A stretch of 64,000 bases of DNA from Nageia nagi (lineage: Eukaryota; Plantae; Pinophyta), in NCBI GenBank assembly GCA_050084985.1, contig JBITNC010000001.1, positions 150,846,001-150,910,000 of the forward strand, in the 5' to 3' direction. The notes beneath the pieces were generated by a model. That model was given only the letters and a program-made list of their open reading frames with translations. It was not told the DNA's origin and searched no databases. Positions 12,297 through 25,900 of this stretch are shown piece by piece; within the stretch, counting starts at the first letter, position 1, and each line of letters starts with the position of its first letter. A program made the translations under genes and the position numbers.

Positions 12297-13788
12297 TGTT
12301 GATTGAGATTATGTAATATGTGCGCCTGGAACAATCTTAACCAAAGTAAATCATGAACAGACTGTGGTAGCAGCCTGATCTCCGGAGAAGGCCGGTTCCT
12401 TATCCATTGGGTAGAGAAAAAGTAACAGGAAAGAGATAAAAGAGTAGGGTGCGAGAAATTCAAGCAAAGGATAGGGTAACAGGAAAGGAAGTAAAAAGGA
12501 TAGGGTAACGAGAGAGAAAGCAAAGGTAGATCACTAGTTCAGCGCGGGCTTTCGCAGTATGCGAAACCTTGGCTTGAATCTAGTGTCGCAGCCACAGAAC
12601 AAGTTCTCACTCTCTGAATAGCCTCCCAGCTTCTACTCTACCATGTAGCAGACACAGTTATACTAGCAACTCGCAATTATTATTCAGGAAACAAGCTAAG
12701 CTGCCACAATGTAACCAAATTAAGAATAACAATTACGAGTGCTAGACAAGAAAGGTTAAGATGGTATCATATTGCCGGCCAAAAACTACAGGTCTTCGAG
12801 AACAAATGTAAAGGGCAATACTAGGCTTCCGACCCTTCTTTCACTTTATTTTCATATACTTATACTGTAGTAACAACAGTTACAAGATTTGCAGAATAGA
12901 AACGTTTACAAAAATGGCCTCAAGATTCTGGCCTTCTTGAATTGACACCACCTACATTCGCCACTTGGCCGTCTGTTACAAAGTTGGGCGGATTGCAGAC
13001 GATACAGTTCCTTGATGATTGTGCTCAGGCATCTTGCAGACTTCCTCTCTTTCGGGATTCCTTAATTCTCTGGCTCAGGCTCTTCAATCTTTCTTTGCGG
13101 GCCTATTTTCCTCCGGGACTCGATTTCATTCACCAATGTTAACTTTGCCTTTTCTTGTGACGTCATCTTCGGACTTCCGGAACGATTCGCCTTCAGGGCT
13201 CCGGATACTGAATTACTCCTTCCTGATGTCATTTCTTCCGGACTCGGTTTCCTTCAAAATGTGAACGTTGTTTCCCCGTGATGTCATCATTTCATTTCTC
13301 CGAAATGCTCTACTCAATGGTTCCGGATACTAAACTACTACCTGCTGACGTCATTTCTTCCGGGTCCCGGTTTCCTTTGAAATGTAAACGTTGTTTCCCC
13401 GTGACATCATCATTTCATTTCTTCGGAATGCTCTACTCAATGGTTCCAGATACTAAACTACTACCTGCTGATGTCATTTCTTCCGGGTCCCGGTTTCCTT
13501 TGCAAATGTGAGTTTCATCTTTTCTGTGACGTCATCTTCATATCTCCGGAATGCTTTGTTTCCCGGAGAAACTTATGCTGACTTTATCTTTTCCGGAACT
13601 TGGTCTTCACCAAAATATAACTATCTTATCCTCCGTACGTCTCCACTTCATTCCGGAAAACTTTACTCTGACTCCGGGCTGCTTTATCCGCTCCGAAAAA
13701 AACTCCCGGAGATCTTCGAATGAATCCGTAGAGGCAGGTAGAGTACACCGGGGCTTTACTTCAAGGATTTATTATGTAGGGATCTACA
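12297..13788 (-). repeat. 5' LTR (relative to gag orientation)
   Basis: About 97.7% identical to 9684-11175 by manual count; TATA-like TATAAGTA on the minus strand near 12860. Confidence 0.93.
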
Positions 13789-16700
13789 GGAACCACTTTA
13801 CATCTTATGTTGTGAGATTTCTTTGTGTATTTATTGGATTTAATTATGAGATTTCATGTGATCTTGGTAGTTTAGGAATTATATATATTAGTGTTAGTTC
13901 ATTCAAAATGGTATCAGAGCAACTTGAAGGGCCCTCTTCACATCCTTGGAGTTGAGGCTCTACATCTTCATCTTGGAGGTCCTCATTCTTTATCTTTCAC
14001 TCCATTGAGAGGTGAAAGTGATTCAAGGTATAATCTTACTTCTCTCTATCTTGATTTACTTAACATAGCAAGATATTTTTGTTGCATACTAACATTTATT
14101 ATTATTAGTTTCCTATCATATTGCTATAATTCTTGCATATGTTTCATTATTTTTGAAAGTTTTATTATTATCAAAAGTTGAGTAAAAAAAAATATCTATC
14201 TATATTTTTTTTATCCTTCAAATTTACATGCAACTATTTTATAGCAATATATTTTATTATATGCAATTTTTATTATAAAAAATGATATGACAATATGTTG
14301 TAAGGAATAATTATTTTTAAACAAATATTATGAGAAAGCACAAAAAGGAAAGGTTTATTGCTTTAATATACAAATATTCTTTTTCTTACAATTTCTTTTG
14401 CAAGCATAATTATAAGGAGAAAGTGTAAATAAATAATAAAATAAAATACTTTCAATATTGTATGGGTGATCTCTATTTTTTTTTTACACAAACACAAAAC
14501 AAAATATTTGTATGGGTGGCCTTTATCAACCCTCATAGGCTAATCTCCATATTTGTTGCTTCTCTTCCTAGTTTAGCCAAATCCACTAATACGAATCTCT
14601 TCTTGCTAGCCATGCTTTGTAACCAATGTACATAACTAAGTTGATGTGTAGTACATGTGCAACCAAACATGCCTTGATGAAATTTCCTTCCTTTCTTCCC
14701 CTTACGATTACGCCTCCATTTCAACATCTAGGTGTGGCAGTTACCATGAGGGTTTAGGGTTTAGCCTCCCTTCTTTGCCTCTCCAATCATAATAGCATGA
14801 CCTCTACATGCTCTCTAGAACCTATTATCAGTCTCCATCATAGTGTTTATTTCATCATGTTTGCTCCCTTTGTATGTGATGCAGTCAAGTGGCTCAATTT
14901 ATCGTACTCCTTCTCGATGCCTATCTCAAACATGCCTTATATTCTTGCTAATGACAATTCCAATCTATTACAACTTTATGTAGAACCTTTTTCCATGATT
15001 CTTCCAACTCTAGCTAAAATTATTATCCCATGAATGTATTCCTGACATAGAAGTAATCACTTGTAACTATCATACACTCAAAAGATGTTATTTAATCTTA
15101 AACATGCTTCAGATCTAACCATGGGATCATTGAAGGGTTCAGCTCGCTTGCGTTGAGTGTCTCCTGGTGAAAGCATCACCCTCTTTCTCCCAACTCAAGC
15201 ACTACCATTTCCTATGATTAGCAAGATCGATTTGCATACAACAACCATTATCATCTAATATTACATTATTCAATGCTACTAATATTGACTTGAATAGGGT
15301 GGTTGGAAGTGGTGTCCATGTCTCAACTTCAACAAGTAGTATCATTTCTCATCATGGAGTCGAGGAAGAGTTGGTCCCCCTTTACGCTCCTTAACATCGA
15401 CATAAGCAATGATTTGACTATATAAAAGTAGGATTAAATGAACATACCTTTTGCTAATGAATTAAGTTCTAACTCATGATGTTTTGTCACTCACCACCCA
15501 CTCCTCTCCACTGGCTACATGTTTTTCCATGCCTACCTACCTTGTGCATTTTTTTCAATGCTACCCTCATTTTCCATACCTAATTTTTTTTAAGGGATCT
15601 TATAAGTCAAAGGGGGCAAATATGATACATATCTAACTTCACTTTTTGCATTTATTTATTTTTTCCTTTATCTACCTATTAGCATTTTTTTTCTAAGTAT
15701 CTCTTCAAGGGATCATATTGCCTAAAAAGTGTTTTTTTTAAGTAAATAATAGGGGGAGGAATTTTTTGACATTTTTACTTGAAAATATTAGAATGAATGG
15801 ATACCAAAGGTTCTATATGACATTTTCACTTAAAAATATTAGAATGAATGCATACCAAAGGTTCTATATATCTCTTTAAGCATTCATTTTTTATGCAAAT
15901 CAAAGGACTATTCCATGCTTAATTTTCTTTAAGAATGATGCATTCTTAAGCTAATGGAATGATTCAAGCTTATTACTTAAATTTTTTTAAGTTATGATGC
16001 AATTAATGAACTATTGCATTCTTACTTAATTCTTTAAGCTAATGGAATGATTCAAGCTTATTACTTAAAATTTTTTAACGATGCATGCTTATGACTTAAA
16101 CATGCATCATTATGCCTCTTAAATTCTAGTTCTTATAAAGGAATAATGCATGCTTAAGTTTTTGGATTGATGCATACTTCTTTAAGTTAATGATGCATAC
16201 TTATACCTATGGGATTAATGTATGCTCTTATACAAAGTTAATGGACTTGTACAAAATAAGGATTGTTGTAAAAATGTCCTTTAGGGGTTGGTGAATAAAA
16301 CCTATTAGACACTTAGGTTTCAAGTTATTGAATGGATGATATTTTACTTATGCTCTTTTATTTCATGTTTTCCATTTTGATTTATTTGCATATGCCAAAC
16401 CTCAAATATTGATATGAGCAAACCCCTAAAATGAACACATCTACATGTACATTTAGCAACATGACTTGTTTGGTGAGTCATGAGGTAAATACAGGCAGAT
16501 TAGAGCCTTTAAGTTTGATGATCCAAGTGGTGCAAAGTTCATAATGCTTAATTTTTCTTAATTCCTCTGTTGGTATGCATTTAACTCCAATAGGTGGATA
16601 GGTATGTGTGTAGTGATACTACATATCTACATGTCCATTCAAGGATTATCCTGATACCCTAGGAGGATAATTTGAAACCTAATCAAGATTAATAATTTGA

Positions 16701-19663
16701 TTGATCCAATAAACATAAAAACCTTAGAAAATATCTCATACATCTCTTTGTGAGAGTATATTGCTACCCAAAGGGGAATTAGTTGAGGATTGGTAGGACG
16801 TGGGCTCCTCTTGTGTGGGCATCCAGGTGAAGACCTAATTTTTAGACAAGATAAGAAGCCTCAATAATGTCACTCTATATTCAATGGTGTTCTTTTTAAT
16901 ATTTTGCTATGGTGATTTGTTCTACAAGCATGAGTATTCACTCATCCTTGTTTACTAGCATTATTCTATTTTATGTGCATCATTATTTACGATGTCTTTA
17001 AATTAAAAGTATGGTATTTGCAGCTTATCTTGAGAACTTAGAACTTCATCCAATAAATGATTTAATAAAAGATAGAAATAAAAATAATATTTTTGAAAAG
17101 TTCCACTCACATGCCCAAGTGGATAGCCAAACTAAGTAGAATCATGATCGAGAGAGTTAGAGTTAGAACTCTTAGGATCTATGATAGGAGAACTAGGTAT
17201 ATGGAATAATGTATCATGAATAATCAAGGAAAAACAACATATGATGTTGAAAAATGGGTAGTACACCCATTTATCCCCTTCTCATATTAGTCATGACACA
17301 TAAGTGGACTCCCAATGAAGATATCATTGCCATACTGTAAACGCTATAGTATAAGGGTGATAGTCCTCCTAAGGATGCAACCTTGCAGGACCTGCATAGT
17401 GCAAAAAATGGAAGACAAAAGGTGTCCATGAACAATAAAGGATGATCTGCCATGTCCAATTTGGATGACAAATAAGATTAAGTATGAGACATAACTACTT
17501 AGCATCCTCCAAATGATGGATAAAGTAGATGGGCCATCAAAGAAGACTTTGATCACCTCATATGTGAACCAAGTTTTGTTGCACCATAATCTATAGCATA
17601 GTGTAAGCACGTTGTAAGACTTAACCTTGAATACATAGATAAAAAATATCTTGGGGAAGATCCACACATAGACCTTAGAAAATGGTCATATACATGATGA
17701 ATGACAAAGTGAGTCAACTCTTTCTAAAGGTTTCATACTGATGATCAACTAGAATATAATGAATTTATAGAATTACAAACTAGCTAGATCATCGATCATA
17801 AATGGGAACATTCAAATAGATCAACCAAACAATATTAATAACCAATGTGACCTTGTCCTTTACTTTATTAAAATGTTAGGAAAGATTCCCACTGATAAGC
17901 CCAAGTGGGTGGTGCTTACGCTTGATTAATGCTAGTCTAGTGCATGGTCACCAGAATCTAAAGAATTAGTATCATCTTCAGATATGCTAGAATCGGATGT
18001 GTCCAATTCCAAAAGATATTGATGTGAAAGAGGAAAAAAGTGATAAAAAAAATGAAAATAAATGGCATAAAATATGATGTTCACCTCACCAAGCAATATG
18101 AAAAGAGTACATGGATGACCATTGAAACCCATGATGACAAACTACCCATGTAATAATGAGTGGTTCAAAATACTCCTATGGATGTAGGAAAGGCGGTCCA
18201 ATGTAGCATACAAATTGCAATAGATAGCAATTTAAAGGGGTATAAACCATTATACGCCATGTCCAATCAGGCCAAATGAGCAAATGAAATAATCAATGAA
18301 CATGATCCTCATGATTGAGATAAAAAATCATGCAAATACCATAATGATCATTTGGGTACAATTGTAGAAATACAAATCGTTGTTGCAATAAAACCTCAAA
18401 CATGATCACAGCATGATTTTCTAATGTTGTATGAACACTATGATACACTATGTTATCCTAGAGATCGCTTGGTAGGGCATGCAACTAAGACACATCCATG
18501 ATGGATAATAGCTCAAATCATAAATACAAAGTGTCAAATGACTAGCGAGGGTCATTTACAATTATTTACAACACATATGATTTGATATATTCAAACTATA
18601 ATAAGTATGAAAACTAGAGAAAAAGATTTGTTATGATAAAATATCTCACCTACCACTCATTTAATTGAGTGAAGTCATATGCATCATGTCATGTGAGGAT
18701 GGCAATAATGATAGTACCACTAAGCCATGTAATGACTATGTCATCACTATGCTATTTTTTTCTCTTATCTTGATTATTAATTGGATAATTTAATCATGAG
18801 TGATAAGTTGATCACCATGACTCCCATAGATAATTCTATTGCACACATGGGAAGTTCTTCCCTAATTTTTGAGACAAAAACAAACATATGGGTAGACTTA
18901 GAGAATGCCTAACTTCACCACAAACTAGCTGCAATAAAGGTTGATTTGGAGATAATGACCCATCATTATGATATGCTACAACAAGAGAAAGCTATTTGTA
19001 TATAGTATTACCATGAACTCTTGGCTAAGCATAATAAACTCTTGGCTGAGAAAAATGTGGTAATTACAAGCCAAAGAGATTGAGACACAACTTGGGTGCA
19101 ATGCAAGCTATAGTCACTATGGAATGCGATAATTAAAGAAAAAGTGGAAGAAAAGGCCTTTACAGTATAAGGCTATCCTTCAACACTTTAGTATTCACAT
19201 TTCAAAGGACATAGCATCTCAACCTTCTGTGGGTCCTACCAAAGTTGACCCATAATCTTAATCTCAGCAATCAATCCCTCTGGTATGGAATGGACATTCC
19301 TACACCAAAACCATGCATTGTTTATTCACTAAGCCTCATTATGAAGTAGGGTTGGTGAAATATCCCTCCAAGGGGAGTATTGGTTGAATTATTATTGAAT
19401 TCTTTATTGGCTATTGTAATATATATGCAACCTTTTTCCAAATCCAAGCAAGTTCTTGATGAAATAACTGCAGCTCTATTCATCTACATTTTGTTGTTAC
19501 TTCCATGTTGGGAATATGGATCAATTTTTGATGGATTATGTTATATTACTAAATCCAAGTCTCTTTTGTTGATGGCTTTATGCTGTATAAGTTGATTTTA
19601 TTGTACACCTTCATGGTAAGTTTGCTCTATGTGAGGAAATTATTGTACAACTTAGCCATTCTT

Positions 19664-19972
19664 GCACTATTCAGTTATCCATATGTGAGGAACTCTTATG
19701 TGTCTTTTGGCACTATTCAGTTATCTATATGTGAGAAACTCATATGTGCATCTTCTATTTTTTGGTCTCTCTTGCACTATTCAGTTATCCATATGTGAGG
19801 AACTCTTATGTGTCTTTTGGCACTATTAATTTATCCATATGTGAGGAATTCATATGTGCATACTCTATTTTTTTGTTTTATCTTGCACTATTTAGTTATC
19901 CATATGTGAGAAACTCTTATGTGTCCTTTGACACTATTCAGTTATCCATATGTGAGGAACTCGTATGTGCAT
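19664..19972. repeat. Higher-order tandem repeat (46+65 bp dimer, about 3 copies)
   Basis: Core gcactattcagttatccatatgtgaggaactc occurs six times with two alternating linkers. Confidence 0.9.
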
Positions 19973-20019
19973 GTTCTCTATTGTACTGATAATTAACACA
20001 TATTTATATATAAATAGGT

Positions 20020-20276
20020 GACTATTAGTATTGAATTGGCATCCTCTGTGATGATTTATACTCCACCATAAACCCAAATATCTTTCATTGACTATAAGTA
20101 TTGGCTTGGCATCCTTTGTGATGACTTATAGTGCAACATAAAATCCATGTATTTCTTGTTGACTATAAGTATTGGCTTGGCATCCTTCATGATAACTTAT
20201 AGTACAACATAAATCCAAGTATATTTTGGTGACTATAAGCATTGGCTTGGCATCTCGTGATGGCTTATAGTGCAAT
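20020..20276. repeat. ~70-bp tandem repeat, about 3.5 copies
   Basis: gactataagtattggcttggcatc... at ~20020, 20090, 20161, 20231. Confidence 0.85.
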
Positions 20277-20298
20277 AATGGTGACACTCTTTTCTCCT

Positions 20299-20372
20299 TC
20301 CATGACGGTGGAAGATACTTCCATGATGATGGAAGTTTGATCCATGATGATGGAAGTTTGATCCATGATTAT
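20299..20372. repeat. ~21-bp tandem repeat
   Basis: ccatgatgatggaagtttgat, 3-4 copies. Confidence 0.8.
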
Positions 20373-20487
20373 GGATTATTTACATATTATTGATGAAATT
20401 TGAATCATTTCCCTTGATTCATGCTACCAATTTCATCATTTTCCTTTTAACTAGTAGCATGGTTAAGATGGACTTCTAATTCTCAAA

Positions 20488-20692
20488 TCTTGACTCACTC
20501 ATGGTAAAGTCAAATTTATTTGTTATGGCATCTTGGCTCACTCTTGGTAAAGTTAAGTTTATTTGTTGTGGCATATTGACTCACTCTTGGTAAAGTCAAC
20601 TTTATTTGTTGTGTTATGGCATCTTGACTCACTCTTGACAAATTCAAGTTTCTTTGTTGTGGCATCTTGACTCACTCTTGGTAAAGTCAAGT
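20488..20692. repeat. ~45-50-bp tandem repeat, 5 copies
   Basis: tcttgactcactcttggtaaagtcaag...ttgttgtggca. Confidence 0.85.
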
Positions 20693-22084
20693 GTATGGCA
20701 CCTTGTGGCTTTATGCATCTTAATGTGGTACTTAAGATGGCATTTTATGCCTTATGCTATTTGTTTTGCCTTTATATCTTATCATCCATATTGGTCCCAT
20801 TGGCATTTCTTCATGGAATGATTCATGTCACATTGTCACATATGTATTTGTTTAATGAAGTTGTCATCAAGGGGGAGAAAATGTCTGGTTGGTTGTATTG
20901 TTGTGATGACACCTCGGTTGGTTATATTGTTGTGATGACACCCCTCATATAAAATAAATATAACAACAAGAAACAACTACATATCAATTGGTTGATAATG
21001 CACATGTCTTGATATATGCACATACGATATTCTTAGATATCATATTTGAATAATTTCTATCTTCCTTGTTGTGCATTTATGATTTCTTGACATCTTTATA
21101 TGCTTTATTATGATCAGTGTATGGATAGTGTGATTCATATATCCTTGTTGATATAAATATGATGCATCTACTTAATCTTGTTATTTGATCTGCTTATGAC
21201 TTGTAGGTTCCTTTGAGATTGTAGGTTGCTTACCTCAAGTATGCAAGCTCTTCAAGACTCTTCATGACTTCCATTGGATGACTACTTCATGTACATTGAA
21301 ACTAGTTGTGGTTATTGATTGTATTTGGTAAAGTAGTGAATCTCAAACTAGATCTTTCTTACTTCACAAATATATAAAAATTTCTCATCTCCATTGTATG
21401 TGTTTGGAGGAGAACTCTTTTACTTTCTCTTCTTCTTCTCTCTTACTCGTTCTATCCCAATATTGCATTAAGGGGGAGTGTTGGAATGTATAATGCATTA
21501 TTGTAAATAGATGTATTAAATCTTATATGTAAATTCACTAATACTTAAGGGTATTATTTGATACCTTAATTATTTTAGTGAATATAATAATGTAACTTGT
21601 CCTACACTCCAAATCATGAGCATGCCCCTTGAGTCAAAGATGTGCATCTCATGCTTAGGTAATCCAAAGAGGAATTTTGGCCTATAAATAGAAGGCTCCC
21701 TTTTTGTAATGACACACCAATTGTGGAGTAAAGATATGCTATAGGATAGAAGTGTAGGAGTTGAGATTAGGAGAATTGTAAGAGAGTTGTGTTTGTGAGA
21801 GAAGTAAAGATCTAGTTAGTGGATGTACTCCTAGTTGGAGGAACCACTTTACATCTTATTTTGTGAGATTGTTTTGTGTATTTGTTGCATGTAATTGTGA
21901 GATTTCATGTGATCTTGGTAGTTTAATAATTATATTGTTAGTGTTAGTGTTAGTTCCTTCAATTTTGCACTTACCAAAAGAATTGTTGCATTGATAAAAA
22001 AGATGTATTTTACAAATTAATTTTTAAACTATGATAATAATTATAAACTTATACTCAAGAAAAGAATTGAGTAATAAACCGTAT

Positions 22085-22320
22085 GACATGAAACATGCCT
22101 CAAAAATATGCACTCATTAAGTTTTATGTCATCCCATATGGCTTTATGATATGTACCATACCTCACAAATGTACACTCATTAAGTTTTATATCATCTGAT
22201 CATATGGCTTTATGATATGCATCATACCTTATAAATATGCACTCATTAAGATTTATGTCATCCCATGTATACTTTATGACATGCACCTTACCTTATAAAT
22301 GTGCACTCATTAATTTTTAT
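22085..22320. repeat. ~63-bp tandem repeat, about 4 copies
   Basis: tgcactcattaagttttat...ctttatgatatg repeated. Confidence 0.85.
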
Positions 22321-23797
22321 TCAACCACCTTTTAAAAGACCAATAAATTAATTGGTTGATAATGTAAAAGATTACTTAAAGATTAAAAAAAATTGTAAGC
22401 TCCCAATATTCATTTATTTGAAATCTCCCACAAAGAAGGGGGTTGTGAGCATCCCTCAATGAGGATCATGGGAACCACATAGAGGATGTGAGCTACCCTT
22501 AGACATGGGTTGCAAACACACCTAGGGTTGCGAACACCCTGTAGGGGGGTCATGAGCTCCCCTTATGCGAGGGTCATGAGCAACCCTAAGGATCATGGGC
22601 TCCTCATAGGGGGCCATGAGCACCCCATAGGCCATGACTACCTCTTTTGAAGTGTCAAAAGTTCCAATATAGACATGTACACCATGTATGCTTGATTCCT
22701 TGATCTTCATCTATCTTTCCTCTACGATCGCTTTCTTACCCCTCTATAATACTTCCTAGATGACTATCTTTGATTATCTTTATTTTCCTATTTAGAGGTC
22801 ATAATGGCATTATATGGTGAAGCTAATTGGTTTTTATTTATCTCCTCCTAATGATCCCACCCTTTCTTGGTTGTCTCTTTCAAAAACTCCATACAAAACC
22901 ATGTCATTGAAATCATTCTCATTCAGGGGAAGTTCATAGGAAAGGCATTTCATGAGAGTTGGTGGTATTTTGCATAATGAATCCACATTTCACCATACTT
23001 TCTTTGAGTATTCAATACTGAATATTTGTGCAACATATAGAGGAGCTAATTGCAAGATTTTAGAGAGTCTATAAGTCATCGTTTCTATAGAATGAACTTC
23101 CCAGAGCTTAGAGTAGAGCTACTATCTACTTTACTATTATTATGATCAGAAGCCAAGTAATAGAGGGCTACAACCTCCTCATATTTCTCCCCTAACAAGG
23201 GTCACAAGCTCCCCTTAGGTAGGGTGGGGGGACATACCCTCCTCGGAGGTGTGTCAACCATATTATTATTATTATTATTATTATATACAAATCCCTCCTT
23301 TTTTGTTTTGTAAACAAATTGCAAGAATACTACTTAATAGTAAAATTTTGCAACTTATTTTATTATTATACAAAATATAATCAAATATTTTAAGCTTTCT
23401 CACTAAAAAATATTACTTCATGAAAAAATTACAAATTGTATTTTTGTAAATTTGCAACATTAATATGTTTATTGAAAACAAAACTTTATTGTATATTCCA
23501 ATTTTGTTTATAAGAAAAATTGGAATATAATAAATTACAATTTTACAAAAAAATTACAACTATATAAGATCTAACATAGTTTAAAATCTAATTATATTAA
23601 AAAATTATTAGAATTAACTATGAAAGAAAATTAGATATACTAATTTTCACAAGATCTAAAATCTAACCATAAAAAAACATATTAGTTCTAACTTTTTAGT
23701 TTCTAAAATTGAAACAAGTTTAAAAGTTAGATATACCTTGAATGAGAGTAACCTCAAGATGACAAAGTTCAAACTTGAAGAAGGTGACCACAAGTTG

Positions 23798-25900
23798 GCT
23801 CTAATACCATATGATGGAATTGAAGGATTCCATAACCAAGGCTACTTGTACTTTTAACTTATTAATACTTAATGTACCTACTATAATATCTCAAATTGAT
23901 GCTCATACATAGAGAAGATGATACCAATGTATAGTGGTAAAACTTTTCTTTTCACTTAGAGAGGAAACATCCACTTTAACAAGAATTTATTACTCTTTCA
24001 AGATCTTTACAAATGATTTGGCTCAATGGACACAATACCTAAAACATACTACCATAACAATGCTCTCTAAAATGTGTGTTTTACATCAAGTCCAAGCCTT
24101 CCTTTTATATGAGAAAATCCAACTTTAGCTCACATACCATAGACTAAAGGATATACATACCTCACATGGGGTGAGAATACGGAAAATCATATCCACCCCT
24201 AGGAACGACTTATCTAACATTGTCAAACAACAAGAAACTAGGGGTTCAATAATTTTTTGATGATGTGGGTTAAGTTCTCGAGAATCGCATAGTAATCTTC
24301 AAGAATCACCTATTGATTCTACTGATAGAATAGCCTAGTGATTCTACTAGTAGAATAGCTTGGTGATTCTAGTAGTAAAATAGCTTGTAATATCCCCAAT
24401 TTTGGCATCTCATTCATTATGGCCACTTGGAGTGGGATGTTCTTCTTCATTGTGATTTTTTAGAATTTAGTTCCTCTTCATTGTAATTTTATAGCACTTA
24501 GGAGTTATTTTGATACTTTTATCATTATCACATACCTTTTAAGATATTTGTGGCATTATTACTAGCCCTTTGATGTAATGATGTGTAATTTGTGCCCTAG
24601 ATCTCTAAATGATGTAAGACCTTCATCATTGGATAGATCTTGTTAAGTACATACGAAACGAGTGGTTACACGATCCCCTTTTGATCATAATTGAGCTCTA
24701 AAGCAAGTAAACCATGATGATGACATTTTCTCCCAAGACAAAGTTGACTATGTCCATAATTATTTTGTATTTTCAATGCAAATCCATTTATAAAAGAGAG
24801 TATGAGCACACCACATTTAGGCATGCTTGGAGAAATTTGATCTTTGATCTTTGGAGTTAGGATTATGCCCTTCTCACCCTTCTAAGGTCTAGCCCCTAGG
24901 GATTGCCTAAAACCTTAGGAGTGGCTTTCGAGCATCTTAGAGAGAAAAGTACCTAGGGTTTGCATTAGAGCTTCTCGGAGACTTTCAGCTTTAATCATGT
25001 TCAATCAATTCTTCTAATTTGCATATTTTAGTTAGGGATGTGCTCTTCTCTTCCTTCTTTGGCCTAAGGATACACCCAACAGCCATAGAAGTCCGCACTT
25101 GAAGAATTGTGAGATAATTTGGAGTTCTTGTCTCATATGTTGGATGCCCTATCACTTGTTATGGAAAGTTATAATTGTGTTACAAATATTTGCAATTTTA
25201 TTATCTTGCAAATTTGAGAATACTGGTTACATATTTGATCTTCTTGTAATGAGCTCTTAATTGAATGATTATCTTGTCTTATTGATGCATTTTGATGGTC
25301 ATTACATTGTTGTTATTAAATTATAATTCTATTATTCATATTAAATATTGAGACTATTATTTTTAGGATTTGTAGCAAAAATATTGGATAATTGCATATG
25401 TAATTTTGTGCTCTAATTTATTCAAAAATTATTTTGGATAATTCATATCTTGGTAATTCTACTAGTAGAATAGTTTGACAATTCTACCAATAGAATCGCC
25501 ATGCTATTCTCAAGAATCACCATGCGATTCTTGGAGAATAGCCTAGTGATTCTCCATAATATTATTTTTCTCCAAAATAAGATTGATCTACCCGATGTCA
25601 ATTTCATCATTGATGCCATGACATAGTGGTTAAAACATTAGAATCTAAACCTGGTAGCCCAAGTTCAAATCCCACAAAAGCTTTTTGCTTCTTGTGAATC
25701 CAATGCTTAGCCATTTTTTCATGTTTTTTTATGAAGGAGAATCTCTAAGGGATTCTACTAGTAGAATAACTAGGTGATTCTAATTGTATAATAACCTAGT
25801 GATTCTAGTAGAGAATAGCCTAGCGATTCTACTAGAAAATAGCCTAACGATTCTCCTGAAATGCCAAAAAAAAGTTATCCCGATAAACATGTCAAACTAC
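23798..25900 (-). mobile_element. Decayed LTR with adjacent tRNA-Met(i) PBS; distal end approximate
   Basis: gctctaatacca at 23798-23809 reads TGGTATTAGAGC on the minus strand, 2 nt from an LTR-like end at 23812; arrays of gattctactagtagaatagcctag at 24300-24385 and 25450-25855. Confidence 0.55.
24386..25445 (+). mobile_element. Solo LTR
   Basis: TGTAATATCCCC...AATTCA with near-TSD tagct/tatct; interrupts the gattctactagtag array; the first ~70 bp match 42017 onward. Confidence 0.7.

Larger units (their letters stand above)
9684..13788 (-). mobile_element. Young gag-only LTR retrotransposon (TR-GAG-like), 4105 bp
   Basis: Two 1492-bp LTRs (9684-11175, 12297-13788) with TG...CA ends. Perfect 5-bp TSD GGAAC (9679-9683, 13789-13793); the sister host LTR has a single GGAAC at ~21840. 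The 1121-bp interior carries gag only. Confidence 0.95.
9453..21961 (+). mobile_element. Large non-coding or decayed LTR element (copia/LARD-like); 5' LTR truncated and interrupted by the 9684-13788 element
   Basis: 9453-9683 plus 13794-13905 match 21614-21961; tRNA-Met(i) PBS TGGTATCAGAGC at 13909-13920; PPT aagggggag at 21470-21478; 3' LTR 21479-21961 (TG...CA); no long ORF inside. Confidence 0.8.

Noticed and set aside
9521-13955. Duplicated short ORFs (MLSLSLPYP..., MTPPTFAT..., MMSSFHF... and others)
   Set aside because: They lie in the LTRs, mostly start at TTG/GTG, and are duplicated only because the LTRs are.
14500-19300. Possible captured gene or DNA-transposon coding remnants inside the large LTR element
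   Set aside because: Only vague, stop-riddled peptides; cannot be assigned without a translated search.
19664-19972. CRISPR-like repeat-spacer appearance
   Set aside because: Linkers alternate between two recurring types rather than being unique; eukaryotic context and no cas genes.
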